Shown here: positions 18,291 through 26,784 of the stretch, piece after piece | Layout: every line of letters begins with the position of its first letter | Numbering within the stretch: the first letter of the stretch is position 1 | Assembly: GCA_902631255.1 (NCBI GenBank) | Contig: CACOXS010000003.1 | Coordinates: forward strand, 5,692 to 69,691 | Source: an uncultured Pelagibacteraceae bacterium | Lineage (GTDB): Bacteria > Pseudomonadota > Alphaproteobacteria > Pelagibacterales > Pelagibacteraceae | DNA: 64,000 nucleotides | Reading direction: 5' to 3' | Position numbers and translations under genes: made by a program | Notes under the pieces: model-generated | What the model saw: the letters and a program-made list of their open reading frames with translations, nothing else | What the model was told of the DNA's origin: nothing | Databases searched by the model: none

Positions 18291-19376
18291 ATGGAAGTAT
18301 TTTTACCAATAGCGCAAGTACATGTTACTGCTATTGAAATTATTTTATTAAGTGCTTTAGTTGGAGTTTTATCAGGACTATTTGGAGTAGGGGGTGGTTT
18401 TTTGATGACACCTTTTTTAATTTTTTTAGGTGTTCCACCAGCTTATGCCGTTGCTAATGAAGCAAATAACATTCTAGCTACCTCTGTTTCTGGATCAACT
18501 ACTCATTATCTAAAAAATACATTGGATTATAAAATGGGTTTTATGATTGTCATTGGTGGTGCAATAGGAACTATTATTGGTATTTATACATTCACATATT
18601 TTAAAGACATTGGTAAAATAGATACTGTTATCTCACTTGCTTACATGTATATCTTGGCAATTATTGGAACTTTAATGCTTGTTGAAAGTCTTGGTGAGAT
18701 TGATAAGGCTAGGAAAAATACTATTATAAAACGAAAATTACACGTTCATTATTGGATACATGGTCTTCCATTTAGGATGAGATTTCCTAAATCAAAATTA
18801 TATGAGAGCGCATTCACGCCAATTATCATTGGTTTATTTGTAGGTTTTATAGCAGCAATTATGGGTATTGGGGGAGCTTTCATATTAGTTCCTGCAATGA
18901 TTTATATAATAGGTATGCCCACAAAATTAGTTCCGGGAACTTCTTTGTTTGTAACTATTTTTGTAAGTGTCATCGTAACTTTTTTACATGCATTCAATTA
19001 TGGATCAATTGATTTAATTTTAGTTTTAATGTTGGTTATTGGTTCGATAATTGGAGTACAAACAGGTCAAAAAATTGGTCAATCAATTGAAAGTTCTGGA
19101 CTAAAAGCGCTATTAGCAGTTTTATTATTAATTGTTGGAATTGCAATTGCGTATGACACATTTTTTGTTGATCATACAATGAATGGTATCACTAAGGTTG
19201 CAGAGAAAGACCTAACCCCATTATCAGTTTTAGTTCAAAAATTTTCTAAAGATATGCCAATTATATATAGTTTATTTTCTATATTCTTTGCTATAGCATT
19301 GGGTGTGGCAGCGGCATTTATTCGAAGATTTTTATCTGATTTAAAAAAAAAGCACTTTAGTAAACCAGCTAAATAA
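18291..19376 (+). CDS. TauE/SafE-family sulfite exporter with C-terminal extension
   Basis: GLFGVGGGFLMTP and MGIGGAFILVP repeats, VPGTSLF. Confidence 0.88.
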   Translation: MEVFLPIAQVHVTAIEIILLSALVGVLSGLFGVGGGFLMTPFLIFLGVPPAYAVANEANNILATSVSGSTTHYLKNTLDYKMGFMIVIGGAIGTIIGIYTFTYFKDIGKIDTVISLAYMYILAIIGTLMLVESLGEIDKARKNTIIKRKLHVHYWIHGLPFRMRFPKSKLYESAFTPIIIGLFVGFIAAIMGIGGAFILVPAMIYIIGMPTKLVPGTSLFVTIFVSVIVTFLHAFNYGSIDLILVLMLVIGSIIGVQTGQKIGQSIESSGLKALLAVLLLIVGIAIAYDTFFVDHTMNGITKVAEKDLTPLSVLVQKFSKDMPIIYSLFSIFFAIALGVAAAFIRRFLSDLKKKHFSKPAK

Positions 19377-19381
19377 AAATT

Positions 19382-20548
19382 TTAAGCACTTCGGTATAAT
19401 TTGGTCATTACGAATTCTCTATGACCTAAAGCTTCAGCACAAGTGAGTCTACCATTGGCAACTTTTAAAGTTGTTTTAATTAATTCATCTCCAGCTTCAG
19501 ATAAATTCATTTCTCTTGAGAGAATTTTTGAAACATCACAATCAATATGTTCTCCCATAGATTTAACTGTTAAAGGGTTTGCAGTTAATTTTATAACTGG
19601 TTCAATTGGGTTACCAACAATATTACCCTGACCAGTAGGGAATAGATGAATATTAAATCCCGCAGCTGCTTGTAGCGTTACACACTCCGCCGCAGCAGAT
19701 GAAGTATCCATGAAGTATAGACCTTTTCCTTTTTTTGGTTCTTCAGCTGGTTCCAAAACATCAACAAATTTACAATTTCCTATTTTTTGAAAATTTCCAA
19801 AAGCTTTTTCTTCAATAGTCGTTAAACCACCTGCTATATTTCCTGCAGTTGGTTGACTTTCAGAAAGGTCATCCGTTGCTTCTTTCAAAATAAAATCGTT
19901 ATAGGCACTCCAAGTCTTCATAAACTTATCTGAAGCTTCTTTTGTTGCACCTCTTGTAGCACAAACTTTTTCTGCTCCTGTCAGTTCTGATGTTTCCCCA
20001 AAACATAAATGAACTCCAAGTGGCTCAAGTTTATCCATTAAATTTCCAACAGTTGGATTGGAAGCTAAACCGGAAGTGGTATCAGACTCACCACATTTTA
20101 CTGAAATCCATAAATCACTTATCGGGCATTCTTCTCTCTGTATTTCAGAGGCCCACATAACAAATTCTTGAGCTTTTTTTGAAGCTTTCATTACAGTTCC
20201 AATATCACCAGTACGTTCAATATGGAAACCTTCAACTGGCTTTCCAGTTTTCGCAATTCCATCTACTATTCTTTTAGTCCATTTGGGTTCAATACCAATC
20301 ACAATTACTGCCGCAACATTTGGGTTGCTACCAGTTCCAATCATTGTTCTAAAATGCAATTCTAAATCTGCTCCAAATTGTAATCTTCCATAAGAATGGG
20401 GAAGAGCTATTGTTCCTTTAATGTTATTTGCAACTGCTTCAGCACATGCGTTTGAAATATCATCAACAGGTAAAATAATTACATGGTTTCTTGTACCTGC
20501 TCTACCATTTTCTCTTTTATAACCTAAAAAACTTTTTGGAATTTCCAT
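19382..20548 (-). CDS. suyB: (R)-sulfolactate sulfo-lyase beta subunit (UxaA family)
   Basis: [48 protein letters not shown]; paired with a SAF subunit in a sulfonate context. Confidence 0.85.
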   Translation of the reverse strand: MEIPKSFLGYKRENGRAGTRNHVIILPVDDISNACAEAVANNIKGTIALPHSYGRLQFGADLELHFRTMIGTGSNPNVAAVIVIGIEPKWTKRIVDGIAKTGKPVEGFHIERTGDIGTVMKASKKAQEFVMWASEIQREECPISDLWISVKCGESDTTSGLASNPTVGNLMDKLEPLGVHLCFGETSELTGAEKVCATRGATKEASDKFMKTWSAYNDFILKEATDDLSESQPTAGNIAGGLTTIEEKAFGNFQKIGNCKFVDVLEPAEEPKKGKGLYFMDTSSAAAECVTLQAAAGFNIHLFPTGQGNIVGNPIEPVIKLTANPLTVKSMGEHIDCDVSKILSREMNLSEAGDELIKTTLKVANGRLTCAEALGHREFVMTKLYRSA

Positions 20549-20552
20549 CTAA

Positions 20553-20837
20553 TTACCACTTTTTTGTTTTGACATTATGAACGTGCACGTGTTGACCTTT
20601 TTTAATTGCTTTGACTACTTTACCTATATCGTGACCGTATTTTAGAATCGTATCTCCTTCATTTAAATCAATCATTGCAATTTTATGGCCTAAAGGGATT
20701 TCATCTGCTGATTGAATGTTTACTGAGCTGTCATTCTCCATAATCCAACAATTACAATCTTGTTTTGGAGTAATTTTTTCTATAACGACTACACCAACAT
20801 TGTCTTTTTTGTCGTGAATTATAATATCTGTTGACAT
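20553..20837 (-). CDS. suyA: Sulfolactate sulfo-lyase alpha subunit (SAF domain)
   Basis: DNVGVVV, IPLGHKIA, KYGHDIG, HVHVHN. Confidence 0.85.
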   Translation of the reverse strand: MSTDIIIHDKKDNVGVVVIEKITPKQDCNCWIMENDSSVNIQSADEIPLGHKIAMIDLNEGDTILKYGHDIGKVVKAIKKGQHVHVHNVKTKKW

Positions 20838-20952
20838 TTATATAGTGTCGATTTGTTTGTTTGAATTTTCTAAAATCTTATATATTAATCGCAAAAATTA
20901 ACAATTAATTTTTATAAAAATTGTTCTAAAGTAATTTAGAAAGGTTCTACAA

Positions 20953-22737
20953 ATGACTAAAATGACAACTGAGGAAGCTTTTGTAAAAGTTTTACAAATG
21001 CATGGTATTGAACACGCTTTTGGAATTATTGGTTCTGCGTTCATGCCTATATCTGATATTTTCCCAGATGCAGGAATTACTTTTTGGGATGTAGCACACG
21101 AAACAAACGGTGGTTTGATTGCCGATGGTTACACAAGATCTACTGGAAAAATGTCTATGGTCATTGCACAAAATGGACCAGGCATAACAGGATTAGTAAC
21201 GCCAATAAAAACTGCATATTGGAATCACACACCTTTACTATTAGTAACCCCGCAAGCTGCAAATAAAACTATGGGACAAGGTGGTTTTCAAGAAGTAGAA
21301 CAAATGAATTTATTTAAAGATATGGTTTGTTATCAAGAGGAAGTAAGAGATCCCTCAAGAATGGCCGAAGTTTTGAATAGAGTAATAGAAAAAGCAATAA
21401 GAGGTTCTGCACCAGCACAAATAAATGTACCGAGAGATTATTGGACCCAAGTTATAGATATAGAATTACCACCAATAGTTAGATTGGAAAGACAAGGTGG
21501 TGGAGCCGAAGCAATAGATAAAGCTGCAAAACTTTTATCAAATGCAAAATTTCCTGTAATTTTATCTGGAGCAGGTGTTGTTATTGGCGGTGCAATTGAG
21601 GAAACTAAAAAACTTGCTGAAAAACTAGATTCACCTGTTTGCTCAGGATACCAACACAATGATAGTTTTCCTGGAAGTCATCCCTTAGCAGTTGGACCAT
21701 TGGGATATAATGGATCAAAAGCTGCCATGGAATTAATTTCCAAAGCCGATGTAGTTTTAGCTTTAGGAACAAGATTAAATCCTTTTTCAACTCTACCAGG
21801 TTATGGAATTGATTATTGGCCAAAAAAAGCAAGTATAATTCAAGTTGATATGAATCCAGATAGAATTGGATTAACTAAAAAAGTTACAGTTGGAATTAGT
21901 GGTGATGCAAAATTAGTGGCAACGCAGATTTTAGAAAAATTGTCTTCAAATGCAGGCGATACGGATAGACAAAAAAGAAAAGATTTAATTCACCAAACAA
22001 AATCAGCATGGTTACAAAAATTATCAAGTTTAGATCATGAAGATGATGATGAAGGAACAGTTTGGAATAAAGAAGCTAGAGAAAGAGACGCAGATAGAAT
22101 GTCACCAAGACAAGCTTGGCGAGCAATCCAAGCAGGTATGCCTGAGGATGTGATTATATCAAGTGATATTGGAAATAACTGCGCAATTGGAAATGCTTAT
22201 CCAACATTTGAAAAGCCAAGAAAATATTTAGCACCAGGTTTATTTGGTCCTTGTGGTTATGGTTTTCCATCGATCTTGGGTGCAAAGATAGGTTGTCCCG
22301 ATACACCAGTTATCGGTTTTGCAGGAGATGGTGCATTTGGAATTAGTATGAACGAGATGAGTTCATGTGCTAGAGAAGAATGGCCAGCAATTACAATGGT
22401 AATTTTTAGAAACTATCAGTGGGGTGCAGAAAAAAGAAATACAACTCTTTGGTTTGATAATAATTTTGTAGGAACCGAACTTGATCCTGAATTAAGTTTC
22501 GCAAAAGTAGCAGATGCTTGTGGTTTAAAAGGCATTACTGTGAAAACGATGGAAGAAACTACTGCAGCCATTAAACAGTCTTGTGAAGATCAAAAGAAAG
22601 GTATTACAACATTCATAGAAGTAATTCTAAATCAAGAGCTTGGTGAACCATTTAGAAGAGATGCTATGAAAAAGCCAGTAAGAGTAGCTGGTATTAAAAA
22701 AGAAGATATGAAGAAGCAACCTTCTTTGATTTCTTAA
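20953..22737 (+). CDS. xsc: Sulfoacetaldehyde acetyltransferase (ThDP)
   Basis: MTTEEAFVKVLQMHGIEHAFGIIGSA, GDGAFG, NYQWGAEKRN, LGEPFRRDAM: Xsc signatures. Confidence 0.95.
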   Translation: MTKMTTEEAFVKVLQMHGIEHAFGIIGSAFMPISDIFPDAGITFWDVAHETNGGLIADGYTRSTGKMSMVIAQNGPGITGLVTPIKTAYWNHTPLLLVTPQAANKTMGQGGFQEVEQMNLFKDMVCYQEEVRDPSRMAEVLNRVIEKAIRGSAPAQINVPRDYWTQVIDIELPPIVRLERQGGGAEAIDKAAKLLSNAKFPVILSGAGVVIGGAIEETKKLAEKLDSPVCSGYQHNDSFPGSHPLAVGPLGYNGSKAAMELISKADVVLALGTRLNPFSTLPGYGIDYWPKKASIIQVDMNPDRIGLTKKVTVGISGDAKLVATQILEKLSSNAGDTDRQKRKDLIHQTKSAWLQKLSSLDHEDDDEGTVWNKEARERDADRMSPRQAWRAIQAGMPEDVIISSDIGNNCAIGNAYPTFEKPRKYLAPGLFGPCGYGFPSILGAKIGCPDTPVIGFAGDGAFGISMNEMSSCAREEWPAITMVIFRNYQWGAEKRNTTLWFDNNFVGTELDPELSFAKVADACGLKGITVKTMEETTAAIKQSCEDQKKGITTFIEVILNQELGEPFRRDAMKKPVRVAGIKKEDMKKQPSLIS

Positions 22738-22776
22738 GATCTTTTAATTAACAAGCAATTATCGTAATCTTTCTTT

Positions 22777-24081
22777 ATGGAAGTAGTTAATGATAATAGT
22801 TGCAGTTGGGTTAATGATTTAGATCTAAGAACAAATATCCAAACACTTTCGTCTGATTTGAGTTGCGAATGGTTAGTCGTAGGTGCAGGCTATACAGGAC
22901 TATCAGCTGCAAGAAAATTAGGTCAGCTTTATCCAAATCAAAAAATTTTATTAGTTGATGCTCAATTAGCAGGAGAGGGTGCGAGTTCCAGAAATTCTGG
23001 TTATTTAGTTGATACTACACTTAATGATGGTTTCACTTCTAATAAAGAATTAGAAAATTATAAAAAAAAATCTGATATTTATAAATTAGGTATAGATGCA
23101 GTTAAAAAATTCATTAAGGAATATCAGGTTGATTGTGATTGGAATGAGTGTGGAAAATATTTTGCATCATCAAATATTGAGGATAAAAAAAACTTAAATA
23201 ATTTTTCAGACACTCTGTCTAAACTGGGATTTGAGCATAATTTGTTATTTCAAAAAGATCTTACAAAAAGATTGGGTACTAACTTCTATAATATTGCTCT
23301 TCACACCAAAGGGGGAATTTTATTACATCCAGGCAAATTAGTAAGAGCAATGATTGATACATTGCCTGAGAATGTAATACTTTATGAGAATTCATTGTTA
23401 TTAAACTGGAAAAAGATTAATGGTTTAATAGATTGTAATTTCAAAAATGGCTCAATTAAATCAAAAAAAATAATCTTTGCCACTAATGGATTTCTTAAGT
23501 CTTTAGGTATCAAGGCAAATTATAATTTTCCAATTACCTTAACCGCAAGCATGACAAGGCCTTTAACTGAAAAAGAATTTAAATTAATTGGAGAACCAAA
23601 AGAGTGGGGTGTTTTACCTGTTAGACCAATGGGTGCAACGATTAGAATGACCAAAGATCGAAGAATTTTAATAAGAAATACTGCAGAAGTTCACAATCCA
23701 TCCCAGATGTCTAAAATTAATTTGGTAAAAAGATCTATAAAGCAAAAGATCGGTATTAAAAAAAGATTTCCACAATTGCCAGATGATATTATTCAATCAA
23801 CTTGGTCAGGAATTGTCTCAAGGACCAGAAATAGTTCTCAAATTTTTGAAAAAATTCAAGAAAACATATTTGTTGCAGGCTGTTACAATGGTTCAGGTAT
23901 TGGGGTAGGGACATTGTTTGGTGAACAAATTGCTATTAAAGCTAGTAATGAACACACAAAAGAAATTGAAACGATTGAGGCAAGAAATAAACCAACTTGG
24001 TTACCACCACAACCTTTTTTGGATTTAGGAGTAAAAGCCAGACTTATGTATGAAAGGTTTCGAGCTAGATCTGAAATTTAA
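22777..24081 (+). CDS. FAD-dependent amine oxidoreductase (DAO/PuuB-like)
   Basis: VVGAGYTGLSAA, GASSRNSG, CYNGSGIG. Confidence 0.85.
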   Translation: MEVVNDNSCSWVNDLDLRTNIQTLSSDLSCEWLVVGAGYTGLSAARKLGQLYPNQKILLVDAQLAGEGASSRNSGYLVDTTLNDGFTSNKELENYKKKSDIYKLGIDAVKKFIKEYQVDCDWNECGKYFASSNIEDKKNLNNFSDTLSKLGFEHNLLFQKDLTKRLGTNFYNIALHTKGGILLHPGKLVRAMIDTLPENVILYENSLLLNWKKINGLIDCNFKNGSIKSKKIIFATNGFLKSLGIKANYNFPITLTASMTRPLTEKEFKLIGEPKEWGVLPVRPMGATIRMTKDRRILIRNTAEVHNPSQMSKINLVKRSIKQKIGIKKRFPQLPDDIIQSTWSGIVSRTRNSSQIFEKIQENIFVAGCYNGSGIGVGTLFGEQIAIKASNEHTKEIETIEARNKPTWLPPQPFLDLGVKARLMYERFRARSEI

Positions 24082-24084
24082 CCT

Positions 24085-24108
24085 GGGAGTTCTGTTGCCA
24101 GGTGCCCC
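24085..24108 (-). repeat. GCAA-tetraloop hairpin repeat, copy 1
   Basis: Minus strand GGGGCAC-CTG-GCAA-CAG-AACTCCC; near-identical copy at 24487-24510. Confidence 0.75.
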
Positions 24109-24169
24109 GAACTTTGTACCATTATTCGCAAATAATTTGAATTGAAAAGTCTTAAAATAGACTCTCAGT

Positions 24170-24191
24170 GCGGTACTAGTGCGGTCGAATT
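24170..24191. repeat. Two GCGGT repeats at 11-bp period
   Basis: GCGGTACTAGT GCGGTCGAATT; cores at 24170 and 24181. Confidence 0.8.
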
Positions 24192-24211
24192 TTCCATGCT
24201 ACACTTATTAT

Positions 24212-24400
24212 ATGATTTGGGTTTTAATTACATTGGGTTTGTTTGCATTTGCTTGGGCTCTGCTAGCAGATGGTCCTTGGTTATCAGATAAAAAAAAAGA
24301 AAAAATGCAAGAAAGCAAAACAAATAAACTTGTTCTAATTATAGGTTTTATATTTGCTGTAATTTTTATTATTGGAACACTTTCAGAGGTATTTAAATAG
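24212..24400 (+). CDS. 62-aa two-TM small membrane protein
   Basis: MIWVLITLGLFAFAWALLA-charged loop-LVLIIGFIFAVIFIIGTL; ATG start preferred over the GTG inside the repeats. Confidence 0.65.
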   Translation: MIWVLITLGLFAFAWALLADGPWLSDKKKEKMQESKTNKLVLIIGFIFAVIFIIGTLSEVFK

Positions 24401-24432
24401 CGGTCAAACTGCGGTACAACTGCGGTCAAACT
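24400..24432. repeat. Three GCGGT repeats at 11-bp period
   Basis: GCGGTCAAACT GCGGTACAACT GCGGTCAAACT; cores at 24400, 24411 and 24422. Confidence 0.85.
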
Positions 24433-24486
24433 ACAACTCTTTTTTAAAATAACGTTGATACTGCAAACTAAATTAACAAATGAGTA

Positions 24487-24510
24487 GGGGCGTTCTGTTG
24501 CCAGATGCCC
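24487..24510 (-). repeat. GCAA-tetraloop hairpin repeat, copy 2
   Basis: Minus strand GGGCAT-CTG-GCAA-CAG-AACGCCCC, directly after the stop of the 39-aa ORF. Confidence 0.75.
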
Positions 24511-24512
24511 TG

Positions 24513-24632
24513 TTATAAATTCATATCAGGCCAGTCTTTGTCATTATATCTATCAAGCTCTTTTTTAGTAAAGGGCCTGAATAATACCCAAGCAACAACA
24601 ATTACCAAAGCCAATAGAATTAATGTTTGCAT
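24513..24632 (-). CDS. 39-aa membrane microprotein, paralog A (not in ORF track)
   Basis: MQTLILLALVIVVAWVLFRPFTKKELDRYNDKDWPDMNL*; starts 3 nt after the M23 stop; homologous to 43437-43556. Confidence 0.7.
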   Translation of the reverse strand: MQTLILLALVIVVAWVLFRPFTKKELDRYNDKDWPDMNL

Positions 24633-24635
24633 AAT

Positions 24636-25439
24636 TTAGTTTATTACGGACATAGGATCTAGTCTAGTTTGAAACCAGTTAACTCTAAAATCGAGATGTG
24701 GACCAGTTGACCTTCCAGTTGAACCAACTGTTCCAATTATATCCCCTTGATTAATTTTATCTCCAACTGACACCATTACATTTTCAAGATGTGAGTAAAT
24801 AGTTGATATGCCATGACCATGATCCATAATTATTGTTCCACCAGTATAATAAAGATCATCTTCTGCCATAGTAACGATACCTGATCCAGATGATTTGATC
24901 ATAGTTCCTTGTTTTGCAGCAATATCAATTCCATAATGAGGCCATTTAGGTTTACCATTTAAAATTCTCTGGCTTCCATAGACACCACTAATGATACCTT
25001 CAACTGGCATAATAAATTGATTTTTGAAAAAGGGTAAATCTGAGTTTATTGCTCTTGCTTCACCAATTTTATTATTTTCCTCTTTAATTCTTTTATAAAC
25101 AGATTCTGGAGGAGTAACTTTACTTTCTTCTAAACCATCAATCCTTTGAATATTATATTTTCTTTTTAAAACTTTTTTTGTAATTCTATCTTTTTTTCCA
25201 TTAATTATTTTTGTTATAGTTAAATCAAATTTTCGATCTCTATCTATTCCAAAAACAAAATAACCTTCTTTTGATACTTTAACTTCTTTTTTGCCAATAA
25301 TAATTTTAGCTGATGGGTCTGTTAAACCAACTATGAAATGTCCTTGTAAAAATTTTCCCTTAAATTCAACAGCATTTAGATTAGTTGTGGTAAAAAAAAT
25401 TATTACAAATAAAAGTCTAGATATTATTTTGCAGTCCAT
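24636..25439 (-). CDS. M23-family metallopeptidase
   Basis: HYGIDIA, YSHL, GRSTGPHL motifs; signal peptide. Confidence 0.9.
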   Translation of the reverse strand: MDCKIISRLLFVIIFFTTTNLNAVEFKGKFLQGHFIVGLTDPSAKIIIGKKEVKVSKEGYFVFGIDRDRKFDLTITKIINGKKDRITKKVLKRKYNIQRIDGLEESKVTPPESVYKRIKEENNKIGEARAINSDLPFFKNQFIMPVEGIISGVYGSQRILNGKPKWPHYGIDIAAKQGTMIKSSGSGIVTMAEDDLYYTGGTIIMDHGHGISTIYSHLENVMVSVGDKINQGDIIGTVGSTGRSTGPHLDFRVNWFQTRLDPMSVIN

Positions 25440-26191
25440 CCACCATCAACCAATAAAGAAGTACCTGTAATCATTGATGCTGCATCAGAAGCTAGAAATA
25501 CCACGGCAGTTGCTACTTCAGATAATTCAGCAAATCTTCCAAGAGGAATATTGTTCAACATATCTCTTTTAAATTTTTTGTCTTTTAAAAACTTCTTCGT
25601 CATGGGGGTGACAACAAATGTTGGACAAACAGTATTAACTCTAATGTTAAATTTTGCTAGATCTATTGACATACCTTTTGTTAAACCCTCTAAACCAAAT
25701 TTATTCATATTATAAACACTTCTTATTGGTCCACCTACATGACCCATTTGTGATGACATATTAACAATACTACCACCAATTTTTTTTCTATTTTTTGATT
25801 TTATCATTTTAAGTGCACATAAATGTGCAAGATTAAACGTGGCTATTGTATTTATCTTAACCATATGTTCCATATCTTTAGTTTTTACTTTTGTAAAATG
25901 TGCAGGTCTATTATTGCCAGCGTTATTTATAAGAATATCTAGTTTAGATTGTTTGTTAATGATTTCTTTAATTTCATTATAATTTGTAATGTCACAAACA
26001 TAAGATTTACACTTTGTTTTAAATTTTTTTATTTTCTTTGAAACCTCATCTAAATCTTTTTTGGTTCTACTAATAATTATTAAATTTGCTCCTGCTTCTG
26101 CTAGAGCTATAGCGCAAGCTCTACCAATACCTTTACCCGCACCTGTTACGATTGCAGTCTTATTTTTGAAGTTATAATTTTTTAAGAACAT
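25424..26191 (-). CDS. SDR oxidoreductase, HpsO-like (candidate dihydroxypropanesulfonate 2-dehydrogenase)
   Basis: TGAGKGIG, catalytic YxxxK (YNMNK); SSQMGHVGG and RVNTVCPTF recall HpsO-type SDRs; SDR call is firm, substrate is inferred. Confidence 0.6.
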   Translation of the reverse strand: MFLKNYNFKNKTAIVTGAGKGIGRACAIALAEAGANLIIISRTKKDLDEVSKKIKKFKTKCKSYVCDITNYNEIKEIINKQSKLDILINNAGNNRPAHFTKVKTKDMEHMVKINTIATFNLAHLCALKMIKSKNRKKIGGSIVNMSSQMGHVGGPIRSVYNMNKFGLEGLTKGMSIDLAKFNIRVNTVCPTFVVTPMTKKFLKDKKFKRDMLNNIPLGRFAELSEVATAVVFLASDAASMITGTSLLVDGGWTAK

Positions 26192-26784
26192 TATAAAAAT
26201 AATATTTTAATATCAGTGTAAATCAACTCAATAGCAACAATTAGTATTGCCAATAAACCAGCCCATGCAATCCACTTATATTTCTTAATCCAATTGGAAA
26301 TTAATGTTGCAGCAGTAGCCATTAAAACAATTGATAAAACTAGACCAAAAATTAGCAAATAATAATGATCACCAGCTGCCCCAGCAACACCCAAAACATT
26401 GTCCAAACTCATTGTAAAGTCGGCCAATAAAATTGTCCAAATAGCTTTTAAGAAACTTGAATTGTCTACTTTTATATCACTATCGTGATTAGATCCTTTC
26501 ACAACATCAACATACAATTTGTAAACTATATAAAGTAAAAGAAGACCACCAATTAACCTTAAACCTGTAATTTGTAGTAGGTAAGCAGTTAATAAAGTTA
26601 AAATAATTCTTAAAACTACAGCACCACCTATACCCCAAAAAATAATCTTTTTTCTTTGTTCTAATGGAAATTTTGATGCGACCATCCCAATGATGATTGC
26701 ATTGTCGCCAGCTAAAACTAGATCGATTAAAATAATTTGTGTTAGAATAGTAATTTGTTCTGGAGTAATTAAATCTGTGAACAT
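26191..26784 (-). CDS. TerC-family membrane protein (YjbE type)
   Basis: IDLVLAGDNAIII, ADFTMSLDNVLGVAGAA. Confidence 0.92.
   Translation of the reverse strand: MFTDLITPEQITILTQIILIDLVLAGDNAIIIGMVASKFPLEQRKKIIFWGIGGAVVLRIILTLLTAYLLQITGLRLIGGLLLLYIVYKLYVDVVKGSNHDSDIKVDNSSFLKAIWTILLADFTMSLDNVLGVAGAAGDHYYLLIFGLVLSIVLMATAATLISNWIKKYKWIAWAGLLAILIVAIELIYTDIKILFL

Noticed and set aside
19382-20837. Altronate/galactarate dehydratase (uxaA/garD)
   Set aside because: Split two-subunit form, SuyB-type N-terminal motifs and position between tauE and xsc favour sulfolactate sulfo-lyase
20893-20941. Palindromes AAAAATTAA-N3-TTAATTTTT and TTCTAAA-N4-TTTAGAA in the suyA/xsc divergent region
   Set aside because: Almost purely A/T, so expected by chance at this base composition; no matching copy at other sulfonate promoters
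24208-24429. 73-aa minus-strand ORF in the islet
   Set aside because: Antisense shadow of the two-TM ORF; TTG start lies inside the repeats
24170-24432. Possible CRISPR array
   Set aside because: Repeat units are 11 bp and tandem without spacers; no cas genes present
24085-24510. Complete tmRNA (ssrA) gene
   Set aside because: Only the terminal hairpin motif is present; no acceptor stem, CCA end or tag reading frame found
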